In this document: piece after piece, positions 1 through 9,588 of the stretch
Numbering within the stretch: the stretch's first letter is position 1
Layout of the letters: every line of letters begins with the position of its first letter
From: a bacterium
GTDB taxonomy: Bacteria > Patescibacteriota > Microgenomatia > UBA1400 > UBA12108
Assembly: GCA_037133595.1 (NCBI GenBank)
Contig: JBAXNV010000003.1
Location: forward strand, 1-55,583
DNA: 55,583 nucleotides
Direction: 5' to 3'
The notes under the pieces: generated by a model
Databases searched by the model: none
Told to the model about the DNA's origin: nothing
The model's input: only the letters and a program-made list of their open reading frames with translations
Translations under genes and position numbers: made by a program

Positions 1-29
1 TTTGGAAACAGGTAGTTTCTGCCGGACAA

Positions 30-3000
30 TCAACGCAAAATGCTACTTAAGCTAGGAAGTGGTTCTTTAAATTTTCCCCCGACAGTTGACTCCATATCTT
101 GGCGCATTGATTTCAATGTGGCACGCGTATTAGATAGCTCTACCTCTTCTTCATCTTTCTGCTCACTTGCAGCAAGTGCGTCATTTAGTGCTTTGAGATT
201 TCTTTTAGCTGATATTGCTGGATCGTAGACAAACCCAGGGATATGTACAGATGTTTGCGCCAATATCATACCAATTGATTGCTCTAGATCTCTGAAGTTG
301 CTGCCGTCTCCATATATTCTGTCCTTTGCATTATCTGAAAAACCTCTAGCTGTCATAATTTGAGTTAAAATTTCTCTCGCCTCATCGTCGGTCATCTCCT
401 GCTCTACGACTGGAACAGTAGTTTCAGATGCGTTGGGAGTTACTTCTGGTTCTGGAGCTGGAACTATTGCTTCTGGAGCTGGTTCTGGAGCTGGAACTAT
501 AGGTGCCGGTTCTACGCGTACTATTGGTGCTGGAGTAACCTCAGTTATTGGAGTTTTTGGAGTTACTGGGGGGACTATTGGCAAAACTACTGGAGGGATT
601 GTTGGTGGAGCTTTGGGTGGAGTGTCTTCCTGCCCATGGTCATCACTAGCAGTAGGAACAGTATCAACCACTGCCGTACTTGGAACCTCGGAGTTGCCAT
701 TTGTTTCCAATGCGCGATGCCACTCTGAAACTATCGGAATAATCGGAATGATAGGAGGAATAATTGGAGTTATTGGCACTTCAATAATCTTTTCTTGGAA
801 CATGGTAATAATTGGCGTCATCATATCAGTGTCTACTGTCGTTGTACCACCAGGTTCTGGTACCCAGGTTTTGGCATTTAGGAACATGTCCTTATAAAGA
901 TTATAAGCATCCATCACGTCCTTTTCGGAGCCGCGACCACTAGATACCCACCCCTTCAAATCCAGCATGAGTTGGTCCATTGTATGGCCATTGGCAAGGT
1001 AGTCCTGGGCTTCTTTTGGCAGAGATGTTGCCAGAGGTATGGTTTTGTTATCAACGTAGGCTTCGGCTATAGAATAGAGCTTATTTACTGAGTCTATACT
1101 GGTTAGATAATTGGCTGGAACCTTGGCAACAGAGTCGAGAGCTTGGCCCCCGACAAAATGCTCAGTACCAAATGCTGTGGTTGTTGCGTGTACTGCCTGA
1201 CCACTTTCTCTAGACCAATCTACTAGCCCATCCTTATCCATACCACGGCCAAAATTCTTTACCAAACTGAGAACTGGTGGTCTTGTATTTGGCCTACTTT
1301 CGGAAATAATCTGCCACAATCCACCATCCTTGGTTCCTGGCTTGAGAGAAATCTTGTCGGTGATTGCTGTTGTTTCCCAGTGCCCTCCATCCGCAGTAAT
1401 TGTTCCCGTTTGAATCGTTGGTTCGTGAGCATTATCAAAACCAAACTTGAGTCCATTGGCTAGACCTTGATTGTGGAGCTCTGTAATATTTGTGATTGAG
1501 CCATCTTTGTTGAGCATAATCCCTTGAAGCATTTGTTTGTTGTCTGCTCCAAGAAGATCATATGAACCATCTGGATTATTCATTAGATGTGTGCCCTTGG
1601 GTACGATAGCGTTGAATGGATGTTCTACCCCCGCGGTATCTTTAATGCTTGCAAGACCTGGGATCTTTATGGTATCAGCTGGTGCAACTGATTCGATCTT
1701 TTGCTTGATTGAATCAACGGCTTTGCCGACAATTTCGCTGTGATGCTCATTCCAGTATTGCATGCCAAAAACGGACAGCCCTGAGATTCCACCAGTGATC
1801 AAACCAGATTTTATAGCTTGGCCAGTGCGCCATTTGCTTAATAGAGCTTTACTCTCTGTAATAGTTTCGGCTTCTTTTACCGACACGCAGCCAAGTATGG
1901 CTTGATATTCGGTAGATAGAGTTGAGCTGTCGATAAGCTGCTCTCTCTGCGTCTGCACAACCGATTGGAAAAGTAATTCGACATCTTTGGAATTTGCGCC
2001 TGTGGGAGCTGTAGTGCTTACCCCCAACTTGGTTGCTAGCTCGCGGAAAGTAGTGGGATTGTTACCAAAGTACGTGGTTAGCGCGGTCTTGGCGACTGCA
2101 CGAGACTTGTCGTGTAGCATAACTTCTTGTTGGTAGCTTGTGAGTGTAGCGGCAGAACCATCCATCGGACGAGTAGCTGAAAGTAAATTAATACCATAAC
2201 TATCACCTACTTCTTGGCGAGCATAACTATCTGCAGTTTGAGCAAGAAGCGTAAAGACAGTTGCTAACTCTGGAGCCTCTCCTGCAAGTTTTGTGGTAAG
2301 TTCTGTGAGCGAGCCGATACGATCTGTCATCTTGATGCGTGTGTGATCGCGCTTGGCGAGTTCAATATTTCTTTTGGCTGCTTCGGATTGAGGGCGAGTA
2401 AGACCAAGCGCCTCTGTCATGTCGCGCTCTACAACCTGGCGATTGATCATTGCATATTCGGTAATACCAGATTTGATACCGGTGAATATACCAACTGTAA
2501 GTGGTGCGGCGGCGGCTGAAAGACCCTTAGTAACGCCAACTGCCATTTTGGATCCAACAAGTGCTGCCATGGCCATTGTTGGCGCGCTTGTAGTTACCAC
2601 AGTTGCTGCAAGTAAAAGTCCAGAGCGACCAACACCCCGAGCAATATCTTGTGAGTCAAAGGGGTTGCTTGCTAGATTTGCTTGGGCACGAGCTCTAATC
2701 TTGTCCCAAACTTCTGCATTGAGGTGAACTTTGTTTTCGCCAAACAAGAAACTACTTGGGATTTCACCATTGGGACCAAACTTGGCAGTGCCCAAAGTCA
2801 TCTCGATATTGAGATCAAGTTTTTCGACACTTCGGTAATAGTCTTGGCATTCTTGCACGTTTGGTACTAGGAGCGATTCTGCTTGTTTGATAATATCGGT
2901 TGAATAGGTAAGAGAGTCGTTAATTGCCAGCTGTTGCTCGACAGTAAGCTCACTACTTGTACGCCATTTGGTGAAATCCTCGGTCATAAAGTAGTTTTGC

Positions 3001-4646
3001 AACTTGCGATCAAGATCGAGTCGAAGCTTGGGGTCGACATCTTTGATGTTTGTTTCGCCAGCGTCAACTCTTCTTAGGGTGTCTTTGGCAACAGTGGAGA
3101 AGATCTCTTCGTTGAGGAATTTGAATACAGGTGCACCAAGCTCAGATTCTTTATTGACCTTGATGGATTCTGCAGATCGTTTTTCACCTACGTGGAGTGT
3201 TTCTTGAGCATATTCACCTCCAAAGCGAGACGCAACCGCTTCGCGAGCGGCAACGTCGGAGAGGAAGAGGCGAGTAACAGCATTATCGAGATTGAGAGGG
3301 TCGGCGTCAAAGGAGGCGCGCATCTCCTTCATCACAGCTACACGGTCGGCATGAAGCTGGCCTTGCATCCCAAACATTTCGGTAAATAGCTTCTTGCTAG
3401 CAAAAATTCGCTTCTCAAACCAGTTACCACTTTGGCGCTTGGCCTCGCCGCGCTTGCGAGCCTCGGTGTCAACAATATCTAGCGCGTCTTGGGTAATGTC
3501 ACTTGTCCCAGCACTTGCCATAAGCTCAAGGGCGTGCTTGCGTTCTTTTTCAAAATGAAGTGGCTCGGAGAAAGTGCTACGCCAACCGCGATTGAGAATG
3601 TTTTTGGCTCTAATGCCAAATTTTTCCCAGAAAGGCATTTGCTCTATTGCCTTGGGATCCCATTCGGGGGGTTTGGCGTCGAGTTGACGCTGAGCAAATA
3701 GTTCGGCATTGGTGAGAACAAGTTCTTGTTCTAATATATCTTTGCCATTAGCGCTACCAGTTCGCTCGACCTGACCCTTGGCACCAACAACTGTTGTTTT
3801 AATCTCGGTTAGAGGTTTAGCAACTGAAATTGGTTCTGGGTCTACATGAACTATCTCTATTGGTTCTACATGAACTATTGCTGCTGGAGTTTCTGGTTCT
3901 ACGCGAACTATCTCTGCTGGTTGTGAGGGGACTATTGGTGTAAGACTGGGTAACAGATCCGCCAATTTATTTTTTTCTCCTTGTTGTTTGATTGCCTCAT
4001 TCACGAGTTCCTGTGGAGTTGGAGTTATACCATCCTTCTTAACTGGGGTTGGTTCTGGGACTAGAGTTGGAATGGCACTGTCTTTCTTCCAATCTTTGAT
4101 AGATTTCTCTAGTGCGGCAAGCGCATCTTGACCTACAAGACTACGAAGAGCGCCAAATCCCATATCGGCGTAGTGTTTGCCTTCAGCATTATCAAAGTCT
4201 TTAACAAAAAAATATCTATCAAGTTCGCCTCTTAGATTAGTCAAGACATCTGTGGCAGAGTCATAATCATCAAATGCAATCGTTGGCTTACTCGTACCAG
4301 CAAACACTAGTTCGACTTTTGGCCTAGAGTTAGAATCTTGCTGTAGAGCTTGTTTGTCGAAAACTCTCATTTTGAAGGTGGATTTGTCTGGCTTCTTTGC
4401 GGTGGGATTTTCATCTTCAATAATTTGAAGGAAGTATTTCTCTGGAGTTTGTTTTTGGGTGTTTTCGCTTCCACTGTTGTAAAGCTTGACTTGTTCGGAA
4501 AGCCTATCTATTAAAGAGCTTTTGTTGTCTAGTTTTGAATCAAACTCAATTCTTCTTTTAAATTTAAATTTATCTAACGTTGGCTTGAGCGCCTCCGCAT
4601 GAGCGACTGATTGTATTGAAATCTCAGGCATATACGATTCTCCCAT
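30..4646 (-). CDS. Giant (~1535 aa) hypothetical protein with Pro-rich repeats and central Gly/Ala-rich hydrophobic segments
   Basis: Long ORF. The likely start is ATG 4646 (1 nt after the upstream stop) or ATG 4631 (preceded by GGAG), not the ORF-track start at 4697. It has IVxVEP/PAPEP repeats near both ends and no recognisable catalytic motif. Confidence 0.85.
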   Translation of the reverse strand: MGESYMPEISIQSVAHAEALKPTLDKFKFKRRIEFDSKLDNKSSLIDRLSEQVKLYNSGSENTQKQTPEKYFLQIIEDENPTAKKPDKSTFKMRVFDKQALQQDSNSRPKVELVFAGTSKPTIAFDDYDSATDVLTNLRGELDRYFFVKDFDNAEGKHYADMGFGALRSLVGQDALAALEKSIKDWKKDSAIPTLVPEPTPVKKDGITPTPQELVNEAIKQQGEKNKLADLLPSLTPIVPSQPAEIVRVEPETPAAIVHVEPIEIVHVDPEPISVAKPLTEIKTTVVGAKGQVERTGSANGKDILEQELVLTNAELFAQRQLDAKPPEWDPKAIEQMPFWEKFGIRAKNILNRGWRSTFSEPLHFEKERKHALELMASAGTSDITQDALDIVDTEARKRGEAKRQSGNWFEKRIFASKKLFTEMFGMQGQLHADRVAVMKEMRASFDADPLNLDNAVTRLFLSDVAAREAVASRFGGEYAQETLHVGEKRSAESIKVNKESELGAPVFKFLNEEIFSTVAKDTLRRVDAGETNIKDVDPKLRLDLDRKLQNYFMTEDFTKWRTSSELTVEQQLAINDSLTYSTDIIKQAESLLVPNVQECQDYYRSVEKLDLNIEMTLGTAKFGPNGEIPSSFLFGENKVHLNAEVWDKIRARAQANLASNPFDSQDIARGVGRSGLLLAATVVTTSAPTMAMAALVGSKMAVGVTKGLSAAAAPLTVGIFTGIKSGITEYAMINRQVVERDMTEALGLTRPQSEAAKRNIELAKRDHTRIKMTDRIGSLTELTTKLAGEAPELATVFTLLAQTADSYARQEVGDSYGINLLSATRPMDGSAATLTSYQQEVMLHDKSRAVAKTALTTYFGNNPTTFRELATKLGVSTTAPTGANSKDVELLFQSVVQTQREQLIDSSTLSTEYQAILGCVSVKEAETITESKALLSKWRTGQAIKSGLITGGISGLSVFGMQYWNEHHSEIVGKAVDSIKQKIESVAPADTIKIPGLASIKDTAGVEHPFNAIVPKGTHLMNNPDGSYDLLGADNKQMLQGIMLNKDGSITNITELHNQGLANGLKFGFDNAHEPTIQTGTITADGGHWETTAITDKISLKPGTKDGGLWQIISESRPNTRPPVLSLVKNFGRGMDKDGLVDWSRESGQAVHATTTAFGTEHFVGGQALDSVAKVPANYLTSIDSVNKLYSIAEAYVDNKTIPLATSLPKEAQDYLANGHTMDQLMLDLKGWVSSGRGSEKDVMDAYNLYKDMFLNAKTWVPEPGGTTTVDTDMMTPIITMFQEKIIEVPITPIIPPIIPIIPIVSEWHRALETNGNSEVPSTAVVDTVPTASDDHGQEDTPPKAPPTIPPVVLPIVPPVTPKTPITEVTPAPIVRVEPAPIVPAPEPAPEAIVPAPEPEVTPNASETTVPVVEQEMTDDEAREILTQIMTARGFSDNAKDRIYGDGSNFRDLEQSIGMILAQTSVHIPGFVYDPAISAKRNLKALNDALAASEQKDEEEVELSNTRATLKSMRQDMESTVGGKFKEPLPSLSSILR
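448..524. repeat. Intragenic Pro-rich repeats (20-bp direct repeat ggttctggagctggaactat at 448-467 and 481-500; IVRVEP unit at 508-524)
   Basis: Read directly. The unit at 508-524 matches 3895-3911 at 16/17 nt. Confidence 0.85.
3841..3911. repeat. Intragenic repeats encoding IV(H/R)V(E/D)P
   Basis: tctacatgaactat occurs twice, plus a variant ggttctacgcgaactat. Confidence 0.8.
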
Positions 4647-4647
4647 A

Positions 4648-4965
4648 TTATTCAAGTCCCAGGAATGTTTTTCTAAAACTAATAAGGGTATTGCCAATGA
4701 ATTCGGTGGGATTGCTTAGCTTGCCTTTGATGAATGTTTGAATCTGCTCTTCGGAAGGATTGGTATCGAGCATGGTACTAAATTCTTGAGTGTCTTTTTC
4801 ATTAAGCTCAGCTACCACCTTGGCCATCATGAATTCGTTTAGCCTACGAAGTAGATCATTCCTAAGTTCTACGCGAGCTTCTTCTGTTAGCGTAGTATAG
4901 TTCTTCTCCTTTATGAGAGTATCGGCGTAATCAGAAAGAGAGGGAGATTTAGTTTGATCGTCCAT
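4648..4965 (-). CDS. Small helical protein, DUF5663-like
   Basis: 105 aa with the pattern 'L.E.D..EF..ML...PS.EQI..F...L.N..EFI...L..FRK.FL' that I recall from CPR DUF5663 proteins. It abuts the giant gene. Confidence 0.7.
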   Translation of the reverse strand: MDDQTKSPSLSDYADTLIKEKNYTTLTEEARVELRNDLLRRLNEFMMAKVVAELNEKDTQEFSTMLDTNPSEEQIQTFIKGKLSNPTEFIGNTLISFRKTFLGLE

Positions 4966-5042
4966 GGCAGGCCCCTTTAAAACAAATATCTATATTAATA
5001 ATAGATAAATATTTAGGGCTTGTAAAGAGGGAATTCTAGGAT

Positions 5043-5069
5043 AGATTTCTCGACCATGCTAGAGATGAC
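5043..5069. repeat. Partial REP-like palindromic element (agatttctcgac...gagatgac)
   Basis: Resembles the right half of the element at 47603-47675 and lies immediately after the sod stop codon. Confidence 0.5.
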
Positions 5070-5070
5070 A

Positions 5071-5664
5071 CTAGGCCAGGCGCGAGTTGACATTGTCCCA
5101 GTTGACGAGATTCCACCATTTGTCCACAAACATACCACGATCATTCTTGTAGTCCAAATAGTATGTATGTTCCCAAACATCGAGTACCAATAAAACCTTA
5201 CTATCGACTAGTGAAAGTAAATTGTGATTTTGGATTTGCAATATGTGAAAATCACCCTCACTCTCAACAAGAGCGGCCCAACCAGAACCTTCAACCGACT
5301 TGGCGGCGCCTGCAAACTCTAGCTTGAATGCGTCGAAACTACCAAACTGCTCTGTTAGCTTGGTTGCAATATCGCCAGTTGGGAGATTATTTTCTTTACT
5401 TGCGCGCATATTGGTCCAAAAAATAGAGTGAAGTTTGTGACCATTGAGGTGAAAGGAAAGATCTCTAAGAGTAGCTTTGTAATCGATTTCAAATCCCTCA
5501 CCCGCACGGGCCTTTTCGACCTTATCCATGGCTGCATTGGCACCGGTAACATAAGCTAGGTGATGACGTGAGTGATGAAGTAGCATGATCTCTTCGCTGA
5601 TAACTGGAGAAAGAGCGTTGTATGCGTATGGGAGACTAGGGAGTTCGATTCTTTTGTGCTTCAT
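5071..5664 (-). CDS. sod: Fe/Mn superoxide dismutase
   Basis: LPxLPYAYNAL, HHSRHH, GHKLHSIFW, GSGW and DVWEHxYY motifs. Confidence 0.97.
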   Translation of the reverse strand: MKHKRIELPSLPYAYNALSPVISEEIMLLHHSRHHLAYVTGANAAMDKVEKARAGEGFEIDYKATLRDLSFHLNGHKLHSIFWTNMRASKENNLPTGDIATKLTEQFGSFDAFKLEFAGAAKSVEGSGWAALVESEGDFHILQIQNHNLLSLVDSKVLLVLDVWEHTYYLDYKNDRGMFVDKWWNLVNWDNVNSRLA

Positions 5665-5673
5665 TACCAGATA

Positions 5674-5934
5674 TTATAACACGTCTGGCTTTGAGTCGCA
5701 CGCTCCACAACATTCTCCACAACATTCTTCGTCGTTTGCTATTTCTTCGCGCTCTAACTTTTCGTTGTACTGGTAGAGGCTGTCGGACTTCTCGCCTTCG
5801 ATCTTGTGATGATTGCCGCAGCAGGTACCATCCTCGTTGGTTGTAAGACCACATCGGCATACTGCAACTGTGTCGCCACCTTTGGTTTTGATAATAGCTG
5901 GACCCTTGGCGGTGTGAATGACAACTCTGGACAT
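5674..5934 (-). CDS. CDGSH-type iron-sulfur protein (variant motif) with Cys-rich tail
   Basis: 'GP..I......VAVCRCGLT....TCCGNH' resembles the zf-CDGSH motif. The C-terminus reads CCGECCGAC. Confidence 0.75.
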   Translation of the reverse strand: MSRVVIHTAKGPAIIKTKGGDTVAVCRCGLTTNEDGTCCGNHHKIEGEKSDSLYQYNEKLEREEIANDEECCGECCGACDSKPDVL

Positions 5935-5945
5935 ATGACTCCTTT

Positions 5946-7283
5946 TTATTTTGTATTACTTCGTATTCTATCCCAATACTTGCCTCGGCGACAGAGGCGA
6001 TTTGCATCTTTTTTGTCGGCAAGAAGAACTTCGACCACGCGCTCAAGCAGAATTGTATTTTGGCTACCCTTGATAATGACCCAAGACTTGGCTGGGAGAT
6101 TTTTGGTGAGATGAGCATTAAGTTCTTTGATTGTGTCAAAATGAAAAACAGGGAACTTGGCGGTTACTAGTCTTGGAAGAGTGTAAGCTTTGGTTTCGTT
6201 ACCAAATAAATAACAGATGTCACAATGTTGCATTATTTCATCGGCCAATTTGCGATGAGCGGACTTGCTAATAGTACCAAGTTCCCTAAGGTCGCCAAGC
6301 ACAGCTACTGCCTTACTCCTACCTGCAATGTGCCGTAATAACTCGAGTGCGGCAGATACTGTTTTGGGCGAAGAGTTGTATGAAGAATCGATAAGTGTAC
6401 TACCTTTGATCCCGTCGAAAATTCGCATACGACCTGGGGGGATTATTCGACCAAGATTTTGCGCAGAGCTAAGTGCCTCTACGCCGTGAGCAACAGATAC
6501 ACCAAGACTAGCCCCAACGCCTAGTGCGAGCCCAAAAGTGAGAGCGTAGTTTTTTTCGAGCAAAATAGGCAAGTTGAGAGTATAAACTTGTCCCTGGTAG
6601 CGATATTTGGCGGCAAAGCCAGATTTGTTGATGATCGTCTCGACGAGTTGGAGCGAAGCTTTTCTACTTGTGCCAACCCCAAGTTGCCTGGCCCTTGAGC
6701 TACGCACCAGCTGCCTGATTATTGCATTGTCATAGTAATACACGGCGACCCCACTAGTAGACAAGTGAGTGAGCAGTTTGCCATTTTCACGCACAATTGC
6801 CGCCTCAAGCTTGAGGCTACGACGAGCTGGGTGGTGATCTGTTACCAAATGATCAAAACCGTCGCTATGTACAACACCCGAGCTTACATATACCCCAATG
6901 TCGGGGCTTATTATTGATAGTAAGTAATCCATATTCTTGGGTGATTTGGCTGAATCTGCCTCCATCTCGGCGACATAATAAGCGTAGGATTCGCGAGACA
7001 ACAATCGAAACGGCGCTAGAGCACACATGCGCAACCAATCTAGAGGCGAGTAGTCTGTTGGCGTGAGATTGAGAATATTTAACGAAATACCAGATTCGGA
7101 GTTGGCATGTATCGACTCTTTGACTTGGCCTTTGGTGGCAAGAATCTGTACTATGGCTTTGCGGCAACTCGTCTTACCGGCGCTACCTGTAACCCCGATT
7201 ACGATCGGATGATTCTGGGCAAGCTTGAGATGCGCAAAAAACCGCAGATAATTGAGAATAAGTAAGCCTATTTTTTGACGCAT
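5946..7283 (-). CDS. murF: UDP-N-acetylmuramoyl-tripeptide--D-Ala-D-Ala ligase (Mur ligase)
   Basis: GVTGSAGKTS P-loop, PGRM, IDSSYNSSP, VLGDLRELG and IKGSQ motifs. Confidence 0.88.
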   Translation of the reverse strand: MRQKIGLLILNYLRFFAHLKLAQNHPIVIGVTGSAGKTSCRKAIVQILATKGQVKESIHANSESGISLNILNLTPTDYSPLDWLRMCALAPFRLLSRESYAYYVAEMEADSAKSPKNMDYLLSIISPDIGVYVSSGVVHSDGFDHLVTDHHPARRSLKLEAAIVRENGKLLTHLSTSGVAVYYYDNAIIRQLVRSSRARQLGVGTSRKASLQLVETIINKSGFAAKYRYQGQVYTLNLPILLEKNYALTFGLALGVGASLGVSVAHGVEALSSAQNLGRIIPPGRMRIFDGIKGSTLIDSSYNSSPKTVSAALELLRHIAGRSKAVAVLGDLRELGTISKSAHRKLADEIMQHCDICYLFGNETKAYTLPRLVTAKFPVFHFDTIKELNAHLTKNLPAKSWVIIKGSQNTILLERVVEVLLADKKDANRLCRRGKYWDRIRSNTK

Positions 7284-7294
7284 ATTAATATATA

Positions 7295-8689
7295 TTATTG
7301 CGCATTTAACTCTTTGACCAATGATTCTGCCACATCGGCATCGGCGCTGTCTGCTGCTATTCTAGCCTCTTGTGCTTTGGATAGCCATTTTTTGTTGAGC
7401 ATGGCAGTCTCGACCTCGCTGGCTAGTTGCAACCTTTTGCTGAACAAATCTATTAGTTTGGTCAATTTGGCTTGATCTACCTTGGAGCTACTCTTCCCCT
7501 CTTGCCAGCTAGGCAATACGCTTTCGAGATTTTTGCGCAGCTTGGTCCAGCTCTCAATAATCGCCACATCATAAACTGGGGGAACATACCCACCAAAATG
7601 GCCAACTACTACCTGGGTCGGGCAGTCGTCAACTTCTTTGGAAACAGCGGTAACGCCAATATCTTGATACACAGGGTTGCTTATTTCTTTGGCAGTAGAA
7701 GGATAATAGCTTATGCTAGAAACCCATTCTTCGGGAGTGAAAAATCCATGACTAATCACCTCGCCTGTTGCAATATTGCTGTACCCCGCTTTCTCCATTG
7801 CCTGACTGTAGGTATAGCCTGAGCTTGTTGCAGTTGTTGAAAAGTCGTTGGTTGCAAGCATCACTTCACCTCGACTTTTGGTAGATTTCTGAAGAGTGGC
7901 ATCAAGCTTGAGCTTGCCTACTTTGGCGTCTTGGCGTATTTTATTGATCAGCTCGACAGTTTTATTTACATCAAGTGATGGTTTGCCAGCTGCATCAAAG
8001 TCGTGAGAAGTATCTCGCCAAAGAGATCGATAATTTTGTTGTTTGGAAAGAGGCAAAATTGTTAATAGATCGGAATCCTTTACAACCCCTAGCTCACTAC
8101 GCGAATCATCAGACAGAGGTCGATTGTCCCCCATCACAAAAATAGAATCTGGTGGAACGACCAATGGATTGCAATCTGCCAGAAAGCTACCCCCAAAGCT
8201 ACTGCGAGAGCGAATAATATATGGCTCATCAATCTGTTTGCCATTGAGAATGACATAACCATCGCGAAGCTCAATCTTGTCGCCCTCTAGCGCTATAACT
8301 CTTTTGATAAACCCAGCCTGCGGATCTTTGCCGTTACTTGAAAGAATAGAGATGGTTGCGTTGTTGCGGAAAGCTACGATATCACCTCTATTAATCACGG
8401 TTTTGCCATAAGTGCTACCACGAAAAGAAAAGCCTGGGTAGTAGTGATACATACTCGGCTCAATACGCAGCTGAGGGATTGTAGTGGTTGTAAAATCGTC
8501 CTGACCACCCTCGGATTTGGCCCAGTACAACGAAGGGTACATTGAGCCTGTGCCAGCGAGAGGTACAACAAAGGTAACAAGACCCAGATATTTGCCAATT
8601 TCTCTAACACCCATATACCCGTATGGCATCGACGCAGTCGTGACAACTGCAATTAAAATGTAATGAATGATTTGGAATAATCTTTTCAT
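7295..8689 (-). CDS. lepB: Signal peptidase I (S26) fused to a C-terminal CAP/SCP domain and helical tail
   Basis: GSMYPSL (Ser), RGDIVAF, FIKRVIA (Lys) and FVMGDNR..SDDSR, followed by CAP-like 'LINKIRQ...L..D..L...GEVI...YQDIGV...VVGHFG'. The start ATG at 8689 overlaps the upstream TGA. Confidence 0.85.
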   Translation of the reverse strand: MKRLFQIIHYILIAVVTTASMPYGYMGVREIGKYLGLVTFVVPLAGTGSMYPSLYWAKSEGGQDDFTTTTIPQLRIEPSMYHYYPGFSFRGSTYGKTVINRGDIVAFRNNATISILSSNGKDPQAGFIKRVIALEGDKIELRDGYVILNGKQIDEPYIIRSRSSFGGSFLADCNPLVVPPDSIFVMGDNRPLSDDSRSELGVVKDSDLLTILPLSKQQNYRSLWRDTSHDFDAAGKPSLDVNKTVELINKIRQDAKVGKLKLDATLQKSTKSRGEVMLATNDFSTTATSSGYTYSQAMEKAGYSNIATGEVISHGFFTPEEWVSSISYYPSTAKEISNPVYQDIGVTAVSKEVDDCPTQVVVGHFGGYVPPVYDVAIIESWTKLRKNLESVLPSWQEGKSSSKVDQAKLTKLIDLFSKRLQLASEVETAMLNKKWLSKAQEARIAADSADADVAESLVKELNAQ

Positions 8690-9519
8690 GTTGACGTAGA
8701 TGCAAGATGTTGGCAAACTCCGGTAGCCTCTTTAAGAACATGAGCTCTTTTAACGGGATTTAACACTTGCTGATACTTGGGCGAAAGCACATCAACACAA
8801 GTAACGGCTCCAAGTGCGATTAGCTGCTTTTTTTCACCCAAAGTAAGACTCTCTAAGATGGTAAGTGGATGCAAACCCGTGCTTTCGATAATATCCATAA
8901 TCCCTTTACCCTCTGGGAACCCCCAGCTAGTAACGCGGATGTCGCGACAACGCGCATACTTGAGCGCATCGGTGGAAAACCTGGTATTGGTGACAATCCA
9001 AGGCTTGAGCTCGCCCTCTCCCTGCCAATTGGCCAACAGATCTTCGTAGCGAGCGCGAATATAAAGAGTAATCCTCACATCCGTTCTTTGGTTGGGGGAG
9101 CTATGAAACTTGGCTTCGATTGCGTAGGTAACTCCATTTTTGATCGCCACTACATCCACCTCGTGAGTAACACATTCACCCTGCCATATTTCGTTGGTGC
9201 GAGTTTGGTACCCTGTTGCAGTAAGTAGCTTGGCGACATATTGCTCAAAAGGATACCCCGATGGACCCAGTTGAGAAAGAGCTGTTTTTAGATTGTATTT
9301 GGTTGCAAGGTATGGTGCCTCGGACTGGCTAAGAAAAGACTTGATAATGGTAAAAATATCGGTTGTTGTAATACCATCATAAAGCCTGGCGCGAATTTCC
9401 CCAATCATTTTGTTAAGCAGATTCTCGGGGACCCCTACCCTTGTTGCCGAAGCCCTAATTTTGTTCTCATCATATGGTTCTTTATCCCCACTTTGCTTAA
9501 CTATCATTACTGCACTCAT
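8686..9519 (-). CDS. ATP-cone domain + Mrr-like PD-(D/E)xK endonuclease
   Basis: N-terminal 'IVKQSGDKEPYDENKI' ATP cone; GYPFEQYV, HEVDVVA and IEAKFH nuclease motifs. Confidence 0.85.
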   Translation of the reverse strand: MSAVMIVKQSGDKEPYDENKIRASATRVGVPENLLNKMIGEIRARLYDGITTTDIFTIIKSFLSQSEAPYLATKYNLKTALSQLGPSGYPFEQYVAKLLTATGYQTRTNEIWQGECVTHEVDVVAIKNGVTYAIEAKFHSSPNQRTDVRITLYIRARYEDLLANWQGEGELKPWIVTNTRFSTDALKYARCRDIRVTSWGFPEGKGIMDIIESTGLHPLTILESLTLGEKKQLIALGAVTCVDVLSPKYQQVLNPVKRAHVLKEATGVCQHLASTST

Positions 9520-9588
9520 ACACTTCCCCCTGCGCAAAATTTATGATTATTGATGAACATATACAAAGTATACCGTACAATGTGGTTT

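Noticed and set aside
433-897. Gly-rich 154-aa plus-strand ORF
   Set aside because: It is the antisense shadow of the Pro-rich repeats of the giant gene.
5636-6139. 167-aa minus-strand ORF and other short overlapping ORFs in the track
   Set aside because: They overlap better-supported genes in other frames and have no motifs.
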